Positions 49,673 to 62,627 of a stretch of DNA of 64,000 nt are shown piece by piece. Source of the stretch: Schmidtea polychroa (Eukaryota); contig CM097885.1 in the NCBI GenBank assembly GCA_044892525.1, positions 51,524,001-51,588,000 of the forward strand, in the 5' to 3' direction. A program made the position numbers and the translations under genes. Each line of letters opens with the position of its first letter. Positions within the stretch are counted from its first letter, which is position 1. The notes under the pieces are model-generated. The model was given only the letters and a program-made list of their open reading frames with translations, made no database searches and was not told the origin of the DNA.

Positions 49673-51435
49673 CCGTATGATATTATTATGCATTCAGCCA
49701 GTAAAAATGTGCAATTAATAATAGAGTAAAACTTGTTAAATGCAAAATACAAGAAACCCACATTACAAGTTCACGTCAAATGAGTTTTGTGATAAAAGGA
49801 TATTTTGGAATTTTAATACACTGAAAAAATATTTTTTAAACGTCAATTATTTTTTTTTGTGAAATCTTCATCACTATTTCAGATTCAATGCATTGTTTTA
49901 GTATATAAATTGCTGAATAATATATGCCACCATTTTCGTGATATTCAAGATAATATTTAACATTTTTAAAAATTTCAATCTCCACTCTATTTGCGTGTTA
50001 ATTATATTTATTAAAGTTTGGAATATAATAATGATAATTCATATATTTTTCTTGATAAGAACACGAAATCTAGTTTACGTTATCCGATCTTTTACGCTAA
50101 CCGAGCTTGCGTTAAACAATAAAATACTGATATTGAGCTTTATTATTATTGAGTCGTGTCAATAATAAAAAAGAAAAATTATAGTATAAAAACTATTGGT
50201 AGTATTAAAGAATTGTTGGGGGGGGGCAATTAAATATTAATTAATTTATATTTCAAAAAAGAGTTTATCCGACAAGATATTTTGTCCCTCTATAAGTATT
50301 GTTTGCGAGGGTACTGGTCACACTCAACAAGTCGCAATGGTATATTATTATTATTATTATTAATATTTTTTAATTTTTTGAAATATTAATTAATTAATTT
50401 TAAATTGCTCCCCCACTCAATTCTTTACCGCTACCAAACTATTTATAACTATTTGAATGTTTATTTGATTCAATTTAATTGTTTTTTTTCAATTTAAAAT
50501 GTTTTTTCATTAGAAGTTGAAATGGGTTTTATAGAAGAAAGTGTGTTGTACGTTGTTTGATTACGCAAAAAACCGCTGAGATACGGTTTCTATAATAGTG
50601 GTTGGTGTGTACACCAATTCTTGGTGACTCGTCATTTATCAGAAAATGAATTTCATTTTCCTGATAATTTATTTAACCATTTTAGAAATAGCTTTCAAGT
50701 AAGTTTTAACATTTTAAGTAAATGTTAAGGGTTGAATTCTGATTTATATAAAAAATACATCATTATTCAAGTTCTTAAATAATAATTTTATTAAGCATTT
50801 ATATTATACTTTATTTTTAATTACTTTTCAGATTTTTTAAGGATTTTATGCATGAAATTTATTTTGGAATTATTTCAATTTAATATAAGTTAATTATAAT
50901 TAATTATAATTATTTATATATTAAGTAATCACAAAAATATATAATTTTCCATAAGATTTCAGGAAAAATCGCCGAGTATGAACAAAGTAATTTTTCAGAT
51001 TTTTGTAACTTAATTTCAACTTAAAAATTAATATTACGGTGATATTTTGTCATTTTCATGACAACTTACCGTAGATTCTTCATAAACGGATTTCAAAAAA
51101 ATATTTCAACCATCTTTAATTTTCTCAAAATTCTCTAAATTAAAGTTATGATAGAAATGTGTCTCAGTGGCGAGTTTCTATATATCGAAAGTTTGCATGT
51201 ATTTTATTAGTAAAGTATTGTGTTTGTGTGTAGTATTTAATTTTTCTACCATTTTTTCGATTTGTATAATGTAAAGTGAATCTCATTGAACTATCAATGA
51301 GAACATCAGACTGAAATAAAAGTGAATTAGTATAATATATTAAGTTACAACAATTGGTTCCATCTAAAGATTTTATTAATATTAACACAGAGTGATCACT
51401 CTTAAATAGCAATGTATATTGCGTAATAACTAACA

Positions 51436-54400
51436 AATCTAAGAATTTTATATGGACCATCATATTGAATATCATTTTTGTTTCTTCTATGTGGTTCTCG
51501 TCTTACTAGTACCTCCTCCTCCACTTCAAAATGTCGTTTAATTCTTTTGTCTTTTTCGAATGTTTTCATCTTCCGCGCAGCTTGCTTGTTATTCTTTTGT
51601 GCTTCTTCCGAAATATCGTGTACTTGATGTTTGAGTCTAGAATTAGCGTGTAACGTTATTTTCCGTCCATATACTATCTCAAATGGTGAATATTTTGTAG
51701 AACTTTGATAAGTTGCATTTATACTGAATTCAATTCGAGGCAGCAGTTTGTGCCACTGTTTTTCAGCACAGCCCCCTTTCATCGTAGTCACAAGTAAATC
51801 TCTCATTGTTCTGATAGCTCTTTCCACTAAGCCATTCGACTGATGTTGATATGGCGATGCGAATTCTTGCTTTATTCCAAGTTGTTCTAATTTTTCCTTA
51901 AAATATTTGCTTTCAAAATTTCGCCCTCTGTCTGTCAATATACTTTGAGGTTTACCATATTTGTAAATCCAATTGTTCATTAGCGTCTTCAAAATAGTTT
52001 TTTCATCTTGGTTTGCTGTAGCCGTTAGACTTACTAATTTGCTAAACCTATCAATAATAACGATAACATACTTTTTGTCGGTTGAAGTTCTCTCCATGAA
52101 AGCAACATCCATCACAATCTGTTCTAGAAATTCAGAACTTTCGTGTGGAATTAAAATTTCCTTTGTCCTCCCTTGATATATTTTCCTTCTTGCACATGTG
52201 ACACATCGTTTTACTATCTCTTTGACAGTTTCTTGCATTTTCGGCCAGAAAAAAATCCCTTCCAAATAATGAAACAGTTTCTTAATTCCAACGTGACATA
52301 AATCTTCATGTATTTTAATCACTAGTTTAGATTGATAGCTTTTTGGGATTATCACTAGATCTATTTTGTCTGATTCCAATACAAGCATATCATCCGATAT
52401 CTTTAATCGATCTTTATATCTGAATAAAAAACTATTTAGAAACGATTCCTTCCGAAAATCTATCTGATTCTTAAGAATTTCCATCACTTCCTGGAACAAT
52501 TTATCTTTCTTCTGTTCTTCCATAATTTCTAACATTGTCTGTGTTTTTTGTATCAAATTGATATATCTTACTCTTGACCTTTCTTGTTTATGTTGTACAT
52601 GTGCTGTCTGACACTGTGCACATAAACTACCCTCGATCCTTGATAATCCATCTGCGTTTGCATGTTCTTCGCCTTTCCGGTATTTCAATTGGAAATCGTA
52701 TTACGATAGATTTGCCATCCATGTCTGAAATTGTGGACTTATTGCTTTTTTATTCGTGTTCATAAATACTAAAGCTTTGTGATCTGTTCGAGCCACGAAT
52801 TCTTTCCCGTATAAATACTGTCTAAAATATAAAACATATTCATGCAATGCCAACAACTCTTTCCTTGTTACGCAGTATCCCTTTTCATGGGCCGTCAGAT
52901 TTCTTGAACCGTATGCGATAACTACTTCTGAACCGTCTTCTTTTATTTGACTCAAGACTGCTCCAATAGCTTCAAAACTGGCATCAGTATCCAAAATAAA
53001 TTTACGGTCTATACGAGGAAAATCAAGAATAGGTGCTTGTGTTAAGGCTTCTTTAAGTTGTTTAAAACTGTTTTCACAATTTTCTGACCATTCGATTGTT
53101 TTATCACAACTTGACGCTGCTGCATGTAGGGGTGCTGCTATTTTGGCATAATCTTTGACAAATCGTCTATAGTAATTTGTCAAACCTAGAAAAGATCGAA
53201 GTTGTTTAGCACACTGTGGTTTCGTCGCTTCTGTAATTGACTTGATCTTCTCTGAATTTGTCTGTATTCCATCTTCACTGATGGTGTGGCCAAGGAATTT
53301 TAATTTGGTCTTGTAAATTTTGCACTTCTCCGGATTTATTCTTAGTCCTGTTTTTTTATTCTTTTGAAAACTTCTCGCAATCGCTCATCATGTTCAGACT
53401 GGTCCTTGCCATATACCAGAATATCGTCTAAATAAACAATTGCTCCATTAAACAATATACCCTCTAACATCGTGTGCATTAATCGCTGAAATGTTGCTGG
53501 AGCCGTTGATAATCCAAATGGAAGTCGATTGAAACAAAATTGACCTTCTTTGGAACTAAAAGCCGTTTTTTCTTGTGCTTCTTCTGCTAATGCGACCTGA
53601 TAGTATGCTTGTCCAAGATCTAAAGAAGAAAAGAATTTAGATCCTGATAGGTTATCGAGTAATTGGGATATGTTGGGCATAGGAAAAGATTCTCTTTCTG
53701 TCATCTTATTCAACTCTCGATAATCTACGCACATTCTTATTGAGCCGTCTTTCTTTCCTACCACAACCAATGGGGAGCTCCATGGACTTTTACAGCGTCT
53801 TATAACTCCAGCTTTTGTTAACTCTTTTATCATATCGTCAATTTTCTGTTCTAGATGCATCGGTTGTCGTCTTGGAAATTGCATTGTTGGATTCCCAGAT
53901 GTATTAATTTCGTGCTCTACGATTCTTGTGAATCCTAAATCAAATCTGGCTGCCATAAATATTGAGCCGAATTCATCTAATAATTTGTTAATTGTTGGCA
54001 ATTCATTTCTTCCCAATTCCTTTTTTGCTTTTTGTCTTCTCTCGTCATCAGTATAATTGCTAATCTTTGTTTCGGATTCGATATTGTTAATTTCCATCAA
54101 CTGCACTCCAAATGCTTTCAAAGTATCTATCCCACCAATAAAACCTGGAAATATATTTTTAATAACAATTATTTAGATAGTCCTCATCTTATTGTGCCAA
54201 TAAACATTTACTTCTGTACATCCCTGTGGTTTTTGAGTTCCTGGAAAAACTCCACATATTTCGATTTCACTGCTGCTTAAACGTGGACTGCCAATTTTAT
54301 GCCATGTTTCCTCATTCATCACTGTAATTGAAGCTCCAGAATCCCACAACATCTCAATCTCAACATCATTTATCATCATCTTGCTCCATTCTCTTCCATC

Positions 54401-54500
54401 TGACGTCGCATACCTCATTCACTCTGTTCTGTCATTCCGATTTTCTTCCTTTACAACCCCATTGACGAAATGTATGCAATAGAGTTCCTCGTGTTTTTTT
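51436..54500 (-). pseudogene. Gypsy pol (protease, RT, RNase H, integrase), disrupted
   Basis: LWDSGAS protease; PWSSP..MCVDYR..YLDD RT; LDTDAS..KELLA..RTDHKAL RNase H; HEDLCH..C..C, TDRGRNF, NGLVER, GPY integrase. It has stops and frameshifts. Confidence 0.92.
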
Positions 54501-55605
54501 CAGTTTCCACATCATGAATTGCATAATCATTAATTGATTCTCTTGTTTCTGCATCATCCGAGTAATTTCTTCCGTTTTCTTCGTCATGCACACAAGCTAT
54601 CATTTTCTTGTTCTCATAGTTCTGTTGTTCTTTCCTTCTTAATAAATAACAATCACGAAAATTATGCCCTCCCTTACCACATATCAAACATTTATCTTTT
54701 AGTGGATATTCATATCTTCTGTGCCCATATTCGCCACAGCAAAAACATTGGCCTGACTGTAATTCGCCGTTTCTTGGATCAGGAAGGCCTCTAGATCGAT
54801 TGTATAATCTCTTGGCAATGTGTTTAAGCGAAACCGTTGGTGTCCTTCTCTGCACATTCCGTTCGACTGTGTGATTCATTTCGTTATTTCTGTTATACGA
54901 ATTATCTGGTAAATTCTCTCTTCTGTAATTCCCTTGGCTTCTTAATACATTGGTGTTACTTCCATTTGTTTCTCTTGTAAAAGTTTCTGAATTTCTTCTC
55001 CTTGTTGCTTCTGCGTAACTACTCTTCTTTATTACCATAATTTCTTCCGTCTTTTCTTTTGATTCAACTTTTTCGTAAATTTTGGCCAGTTGATTTCGTT
55101 CTTCTGCTGTCATCGATGGTTTCATTGTTAGAGCATCCTTTAATCTTCTGTCTCTGACGCGTCCAGTTATAATTTCATTGGCAATCTCCTCTACCCTCAT
55201 TCCTGAATTAATAACTTCACTCACTAATTTCAATACCCTGATTTCGAAGGTTGCATATCTCTCATTTTCCTTTTGTCTAATTGCAGCAAGTTCTTTAATC
55301 TTGTCTATAATAGTCAATTTAATTGTAAATGTTTCGGAAAACCATTCTTTAGCTGCTTTATCTGTTGTTTTTTCTGTTTTGAAATTTTTCCACAGTGTAG
55401 CCGCTTCATCACAAAGGAGAAAATCGAATGCTTCGGTCTTCTTCAAATCATTTCTAGCGATCCAATCATCAATTGCCTGTATCCATTTTTCAGCTTCCTT
55501 GGTACATCTGCCGTCGTATCTTCTAATCTTCATATCCAAGAGTTCTTGCGCACGTTTCGGTAGCGCGTCTCTTGCAGACTTTTTCCCTTCTCCTCGAGTC
55601 GTCAT
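54451..55605 (-). CDS. Gypsy Gag with two zinc knuckles
   Basis: CFCCGEYGHRRYEY (last Cys lost) and CLICGKGGHNFRDC. The likely start is MTTRGEGKK just after the PBS, and there is an A-AAA-AAC slippery site near the end. Confidence 0.8.
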   Translation of the reverse strand: MTTRGEGKKSARDALPKRAQELLDMKIRRYDGRCTKEAEKWIQAIDDWIARNDLKKTEAFDFLLCDEAATLWKNFKTEKTTDKAAKEWFSETFTIKLTIIDKIKELAAIRQKENERYATFEIRVLKLVSEVINSGMRVEEIANEIITGRVRDRRLKDALTMKPSMTAEERNQLAKIYEKVESKEKTEEIMVIKKSSYAEATRRRNSETFTRETNGSNTNVLRSQGNYRRENLPDNSYNRNNEMNHTVERNVQRRTPTVSLKHIAKRLYNRSRGLPDPRNGELQSGQCFCCGEYGHRRYEYPLKDKCLICGKGGHNFRDCYLLRRKEQQNYENKKMIACVHDEENGRNYSDDAETRESINDYAIHDVETEKNTRNSIAYISSMGL

Positions 55606-56294
55606 TGTGTGAACATTTTCGGCGTGGTCGCCAGTTACAACAATTGGTTCCATCTAAAGATTTTATTAATATTAACACAGAGTGATCACTCTTAAATAGC
55701 AATGTATATTGCGTAATAACTAACACATTGTATTGAATTACGCAATATACTCTGAACTTCTTCACATTTGGTCCTTGGCCTCTAATGTAATATCATTACT
55801 TATTATATTATTGATTCTTTTTCTTATTATAGAGGAGGCGTATCTCAGCGGTTTCTGGTGTAGCTGTTTTCATATTTCAATTTTATTTGCGTAAATTTTG
55901 ATTTTAATCAGTAACAATTGAAAGTGAAGAACAGTCTTTATTAATGTCCGCATAATGTGTATAATTAAAAAAATAAATAAACCATAAATCTAGGAATTCG
56001 TCAAATCATTTCTACATATATACTTTTGAATTTACTGGTTTTTGCTTAATTTTAAAATCTTGGACTCGGCGACTATTAGAGTCGAGTCGAATCGAGTACA
56101 GAAACCTCACATGAATGTCGATTCTTATTTCTGAACAGTATTATTACAAAGCTGTTTAAATAAGACCTTATAAAAAGAGTTACAAAATCCTAACACATTT
56201 AAAGCTCACTTTGCTGTAAGAACTTTGTGAAAATAGATTTTTCAAATTAATATATTATAAAACAATTGAAATTTTAAAAATATTATTTTTTTAA

Positions 56295-58820
56295 CACTAG
56301 GACGGCCGGAAATATTTTATACCTTGGAAGGCCAAACCGGTCAATTTGACCGGTGCACATATGCTCCTTATTTTCATGCTGAGATTTCTATGATGCAACT
56401 CATTTAGCAATACTTTCTTTGTGCTACTAACACGCTTTCAAAATTTAACTATTTTTATTCTAACAGTAGTTAATTTATTAAACTACTTACAACAATGAAA
56501 TAAAAATATTTGTTTAGCTGACACAAAGCTACACTATTTTAAACATTGTCTTCGCGTTTATTCAGACTGGTATGTATGTATACTTCATTTCTTGTTTATA
56601 AATATTCTCTTGCTTTTATTCAAAGATAGGGCTTATTAAAAGTGTAATTAAGCAAGCATTAAGAGTTCTAAGTTTTGAAATTTGGTAAATTAAAAGAATC
56701 AAACGAAAAACTTAACGAAATGTCATAAGACAATATCTAATAATTGTTATAGAAAATCTTTGAACTTCTTGGGATAACAAACATTATAAAACCGTGTTTT
56801 CATTAGAATCCAATAATAAATTTGACGTTTCTTATTTTACTGACGGAGTTTTTATCATTATTTTAGAATCAAATATGCCAACTAAAAGAATTGCTGCTCA
56901 ACGTGCTTTACAGAAGCTATGGAATATTGACGCTGCTCTCTCCGAAGATGAAGATCAGCCTATGGGAAGTGATGATGAGCCCGAAAGAAATGATTCTGAC
57001 GAAGAGTTACATGAATGGAACTCTGATGATAATGGAAGTTCGTTAGAAAGTGACAATGAGTCAGTCAATAGCTCAATTTCTTCATTAGAAAATCAGCTTT
57101 TATCTAGCAGGGATGGCACTCTTTGGAATCGAGTAGAAAACAATCACGCTATTAGTGTTGGCAAATTCCCTGCGCACAATATTTTTAGTGGTACACCTGG
57201 TGTGAAAGCTTTTGCAAAGCGCAAAATTGACTCACCCCTGAGCGCTTGGCGCTTGATAGTCTCTGAGGGAATGCTGAAGTTAATTCAAAAATACACAATT
57301 ATGAAAGGAGAAGAAGCTTCGTCAGACTAGTGTATCAGTCTACAAGAATTAGATGCTTTTCTTGGATTGCTGTATCTCCGTGGTGTGTTAGGCTTTCGCC
57401 GACATTCTATCAATTCAATCTGGTCATCTCAATTTGGATCTCCTTACTTCAGAGAAGTCATATCTCGGAACCGTTTCCGTGAGATACTGCGCTTTCTTCG
57501 TTTTGATGAACAATGTTCTCGACGTCAAAGAGTAGAACAAGATAAATATGCCCATTTTCGTGAAATATTTGACTTGTTTGTTTCAAACTGTCTTCAAGTT
57601 TATACTCCTAATCCCTTCCTTACTGTCGACGAGCAACTTTTGCCGCTAAAAAATAGGTGTTGCTTCATCCAATTTATGCCAAATAAGCCTGATAAATTCG
57701 GTATCAAATACTGGATTCTCAGTGATGTCAAAACCAAATTTGTCATCAATCAAATGCCATATTTAGGGGCTCACGATAGAAACGAACACTGTGGATTACG
57801 GCTGGGTGATTTTGTAGTCAGGAAACTAATGGAGCCATTTTTCAATAAAGGATACAATGTCTGCACTGACAATTTCTTTACAAGTCTCTCACTAGCTGAA
57901 CATCTCCTTGTAAATCGAACAACATTGGTTGGTACTGTAAGATTAAATTCACGCTTTTTATCATCAGCTCACTTGGAGAAAAAGCCTCTTTTTGAATCGA
58001 CTCATTTATCGTGTCAAAACACTGTCACTGTTTCCTATCAAGGCAAATCGGACAAGAAAGTCATTGTCATGTCAACATTCCATTCTACTGCTAGTGTGAG
58101 ATCTGACGAAAAGAGAAAGCCTGAAATGATACACTTTTATAACAAAAATAAGACAGCTGTAGATACCATGGATAGCATGTTGCGTTTATACAGCAGTAAA
58201 GCCGCAACCGCAAGATGGCCAGTCGCTACTTTCTATGATTTGCTTGATAAAGCAGCTCTCAACGCTCATGTTATTTTCAAAGATGCTACGGGATCAACTA
58301 TAAAAAGAAGGGATTTTATTTTTGAATTAGCTACATCTCTTTGTGAGGAGTTCAAAAGCCGTCGAACAGCAAGTCCCATCTCTGGTGAACTCTGTTCTGA
58401 ACAACCAAAATTAAAGAAGCGAAAAACTTGTTCTGCTCCTCATTGTGATAACAAATCCGGAGCTATATGCCATGTATGTAGTAAAGTTTACTGTGGAAAA
58501 CATTCCCAAATGACTGTTAAATGCTTCGGTTGTGTGTAAATTATATTTGGTTTTATATTTTCTAGTATGTAAGATGATTATGTGTGACTTTCTTGTGTGT
58601 TTCAAGATACCGGTCAAATTGACCGGTTCGGCCTTCCATGGGGATGGCCTCATTTTCTCAGTCGTGACAAATGCTATAATTGAAGCTTTGATATGCACAA
58701 CAAGTTCACTAAAAATGAATAATTGTCACAAAATATGAGACGTTAATTCCTTTTCGTTTTCTCACAAAATAAAAATGAAATTGCTTAACGGTCAAAATGA
58801 CCGATCTGGCCGTCCTAGTG
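56295..58820 (+). mobile_element. Full-length piggyBac transposon (2,526 bp)
   Basis: TTAA|cactaggacggcc ... ggccgtcctagtg|TTAA, with subterminal inverted repeats at about 56322-56354 and 58609-58641. Confidence 0.95.
56875..58539 (+). pseudogene. piggyBac transposase with a single in-frame TAG (57328-57330)
   Basis: Both ORF pieces are in one frame. It has an acidic N-terminus, TVDEQL, KPDKFGIK, CTDNFFTS, AVDTMD and a C-terminal Cys-rich domain. Confidence 0.92.
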
Positions 58821-60283
58821 TTAAAAGTCAAATTATAAATATTTAACTATTTTTATTTAAAAAGTATATTAATAAATTCAATTCCATAACTGATACTAAT
58901 TTCCCATAGAATATTTGAATTAATAGCCAATTCCAAAGATAATAGAAAAATATATTCTAAGTAATCTTACAAATATGAAAGTCAAAAATCAAAGAAAATA
59001 TTATTTATTTTTCTAATCATTTCTATCTTTAAACTAGTGAGATTAATAATCTTTTTTATGTTTAATGGAATATAATTTATGAAAAATAATAACATCCCAT
59101 TTATGTTCAGAATTATTTTTTCAAAATATTTTAATAAATTTTGTTTAAAAGCTATTCTTGGACACATTTCAACTAAACAACATTCCAGTTAAGAAAAGCT
59201 AGCCGAAGTTTCTTCCTAAATTGTAAAATATTTCTGTAATTAACTGAATACAAAAAATATTATTTTTAATTAAACTTCATTAAAAATATCCTCAACCTAA
59301 ATTCATTCATATTTACACATCAATGCACAATTGATAAACGCTTTTCGGATATCAGTGTAGAGGTCTAATAAGTTTTGTAATATCTAACTAATTTTTTCAT
59401 TGTAATAAATAATTTTAATAATAATTTTTTTGAAATTTAATGATTTATTTTCAATCTATTAATCAATCTGACTGCCAATGTCCTTATATTAAATTACACG
59501 TATCGTATCGAATGACGTACTGTGAGATTCATAGTTGTGCGAGGTGTTAAATTATAAGAATAAAAAAAACTTCAATTTAAAATAGCGTATTTTTGCACAA
59601 AAATCTATATTTAAAAAAAATATGCATTATAAAATAAGTTAAATACAGTAAACTTTAAATACATATTATAAGACAAAAGTAAAGTTTTAGTTTTGTATAT
59701 ATTATGCATTTGCGCATTAGTATAAAGTAGAACGACTGCATTAGTGTTAAATGCTTAAATATAAACTGTACTTGTATTGGTATTGATGTGACTAGAATTT
59801 TCGTAATATTAAATTGGCACAAATTCACCACTGTTACACGATGAACTGCCAGGCACTTTACAATAGCTTTAAAAAGAGCAAATATTCATAAACACAAACA
59901 AAAATTGCTATAAAATATAAATATGAAAAGTGAAAAGACGAGAAAGTAAAAAAATAAAAATTTTTCCTTAGTAGGTAGCTAGTAGCCCCCTGCAGCAATG
60001 ACCCCCCGGGGGGTTCGGCTCCAAATTTTGATTACATAATTGCTGCAACTTATTTTTTTTTGTTTCTGGGATTTTTAATACAAAATTTTTTTTTAATACA
60101 AATTAAGTTTTTTTTTCAGACTATAGTGAGGGGGTCTCGATTGATCCAGATATTTTCACTACAAAAATGAGTTTACACTAAAAAAGCATGGAATTATTCA
60201 GACTATAGTGAGGGGTCTCCTTGGTCCTGGGATTTTCAATAAAAAAAGATGGTCTACACTAAAAAAGCGTGGTAAATTAAGAA

Positions 60284-60545
60284 TAAATAGGTAAATTATG
60301 GGTCTAAAATTTTAAATTACAGTAAACTATGGTCCAAAAAATTAAATTACAGTAAATTATGGGCTCAGATTTTTGAATTAAAGTAAATTAAGGTCCAAAT
60401 TTTTCAATTAAAGTAATTTAAGGTCTAAATTTTTAAATTAAAGTAAATTAAGGTTCATATTTCTGAATTAAGGCAAATTAAGGTCCAAATTTTCAAATTA
60501 AGTAAACAATGGTCAAAAATTTAAATTTAAAGTTAAATAAGTAAA
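60284..60545. repeat. About 30-bp tandem repeat (aattaaagtaaattaaggtccaaatttt..) in the Polinton subterminal region
   Basis: About 8 degenerate units are visible. Confidence 0.75.
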
Positions 60546-61009
60546 TTAAAGTAATAATTTTTAAATAAGTAAAGTAATCTAATAAGTAAAGTAAAGTAAG
60601 ATTTTATAATTTATTAACAAAAAGTTAGAATAATAGTAGGTGTTTGAGAATTGAAATTTTTTAATGAAAATTTTTATGGAATAATTTTTTAAATCAATTT
60701 TTAATGGAAATTTTTTATAGATTAATTTTTTTAAGTCCACCTTTAATGGAATAGTAATAATAATAGTAATAAGAATAGTAATAATAATATTATTTCAACC
60801 AAATACTATACAACACATAAAAATTAACTAAACACAAAAATTTACCAAACACATAAAAAGATCAAAAGTAAAGATATAAAATTTTTATTTAATACAATTA
60901 ATCTTCATCTAATAAAATAACATCATCAATGTCAACTTCTTCATCAACTTCTCCAACATCTTATACAACATCTTCTCCAACATCTTCTATATATCATTTA
61001 ATTGACTTA

Positions 61010-62511
61010 ATCTTACATGGCCATATGCAAAACTAGTATTTTTCCCCACCCAAACCCTTTTGTCATCTGCGTTAGTTAGAGCTATTTTACTATTTTTTAT
61101 TGTATAAATTTGATGGTTTTTGCTAGTTATTTTTGTTTGAGAAATCGAAAAAATATGATTAATGTTATAACAATCCAGGTATGGCTAATGTTTTATGTCA
61201 CTACCTTTCAATGTTACACCTTTAGCCTTAGGTCCAAGAAAAACCCATTCCTTATATTTAGGACCTTTATTCTCGTCTTTGAACTTTCCAATACCGAATC
61301 AAGGTTCTTACTGTATAAGGTATCGTAATTGGACGTGTCTAATAAATTATCGCGGATCATTGCAGGTAAAAGAACCTCAAGTTTGTAGTTAATAACTTCC
61401 AGGAAAAAAGAATCCTTATCACCTGCAACGATATTAATTTCACATCTAAACTCATTGCGATATTTTTCTAAATCTTTATATTGTAATTCATACATTCTAA
61501 GTCTAGATAGATCAAGTACAGACTGACCAATGTAACATGGTCTATCTAAACATATAGAATCTGGATTTAACAAATCGGCAATTAAATTATCGTCGATTTT
61601 AATGGATTTTTTAAACGAAGGTTTGGAAGTATATTTGACTAATTTACCGTCGGTTGTACAAAGACGACGATTCATTTTTCATTTTTACCATATAAACTGT
61701 TATTTAACAATTTGTAATAATTTTTGTCTAAACTATTTGTACTTTTTGCTCTTAATTTGGTATTAGTGTCTCTATATTTTTTAAAAATTGGAGATTGTTT
61801 AAATCTTACAGCTCTATTAACGCGTGTAACTTTAACACCAAGTGACAAGTATAATTTTAATAAGCTCCAATCACATAATTAGATTTTGGAAGATGAGTTA
61901 ATAACAATTTTTCAACCTTTGACCCAGCAGGTTTCATTTTTTCAGCAGCTACAGGGAAATCGTCCAACTTATCATGAAGCTCAGAAGGAATTACAAGATC
62001 AACTTCAAGAGTGTATCCATAAGACAAAGATTCAAGATTTATATTCCTACATTCATCCATTATTAAATCAAATCCATCAAGAACCCAACTAAATTCGCCA
62101 CAAGGTAATGGTTGACTTTAAGCCCAACCGTAAAGATTATTAATATCTATATAAAGTAACTTGGTGTTTCCATCGGTTTTTACATGTTTATTTACAAAAG
62201 TAAGACCGCCTCTTATTCCACCCTCATAAAAGCTAATATTTCGTTTTCAGTTATCAGTTCAATCAGTTCATCTAAAGACATTAATGCAGAAGACCAAGAC
62301 ATACCAGGAATTCCGAAGTAATTCAATGGTTCTAACCTATTATGAGCAATAGATTTCAAACGAAATTGTTGGAAGAAATCAGCCAAAAGAAAACAATCAA
62401 GTTTTAAGTATATCATCATGTAGTCTAATAAAGTTACGCAATTAGTTTCAACCCAAATCTCCTGAGCTTTTTCATATTCAAGTTCAGTGACACCTTCCCA
62501 GATTGGTGGTA
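61010..62511 (-). pseudogene. Polinton pPolB central and C-terminal fragments
   Basis: YLKLDCFLLADFFQQFR, LLYIDINNLYG, KLLNNSLYGK, PCYIGQSVLDLSRLRMY, AGDKDS (catalytic motif mutated) and DDKRVW..FAYGH. It is clearly homologous to the 25-34 kb pPolB. Confidence 0.9.
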
Positions 62512-62627
62512 AGTAGATGGATTGGGCACCGCTGGCACAGGGCACCGCTAGCACAGTACCCCCCCCTCCCCCCTCCCCCCCGTCGGTAAGATTTTCAAAA
62601 ATATTCTAAGTCTAAAAGTACATTTTT

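Larger units (their letters stand above)
51343..55800 (-). mobile_element. Ty3/Gypsy LTR retrotransposon, defective; 5' LTR 55633-55800, truncated 3' LTR 51343-51435
   Basis: gag-PR-RT-RH-INT order; 93-bp direct repeat at 51343 and 55633; AGT..ACT ends; 5-bp TSD TATTA (51338-51342, 55801-55805). The PBS TGGCGACCACG (minus, 55633-55623) fits tRNA-Arg by inference. Confidence 0.88.
59970..62511 (-). mobile_element. Left end of a third, more decayed Polinton (continues beyond the nested insertion and the window)
   Basis: Starts AGTAGGTAGCTAGTAG, then ccccccgggggg, then subterminal repeats and minus-strand pPolB fragments. The right end is not in the window, so the terminus is unconfirmed. Confidence 0.7.

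Noticed and set aside
55801..56078. Alternative longer Gypsy 5' LTR ending at 56074 with a 4-bp ATTA TSD
   Set aside because: The 55800 boundary gives a 5-bp TSD and a better terminal match. The alternative is not fully excluded.
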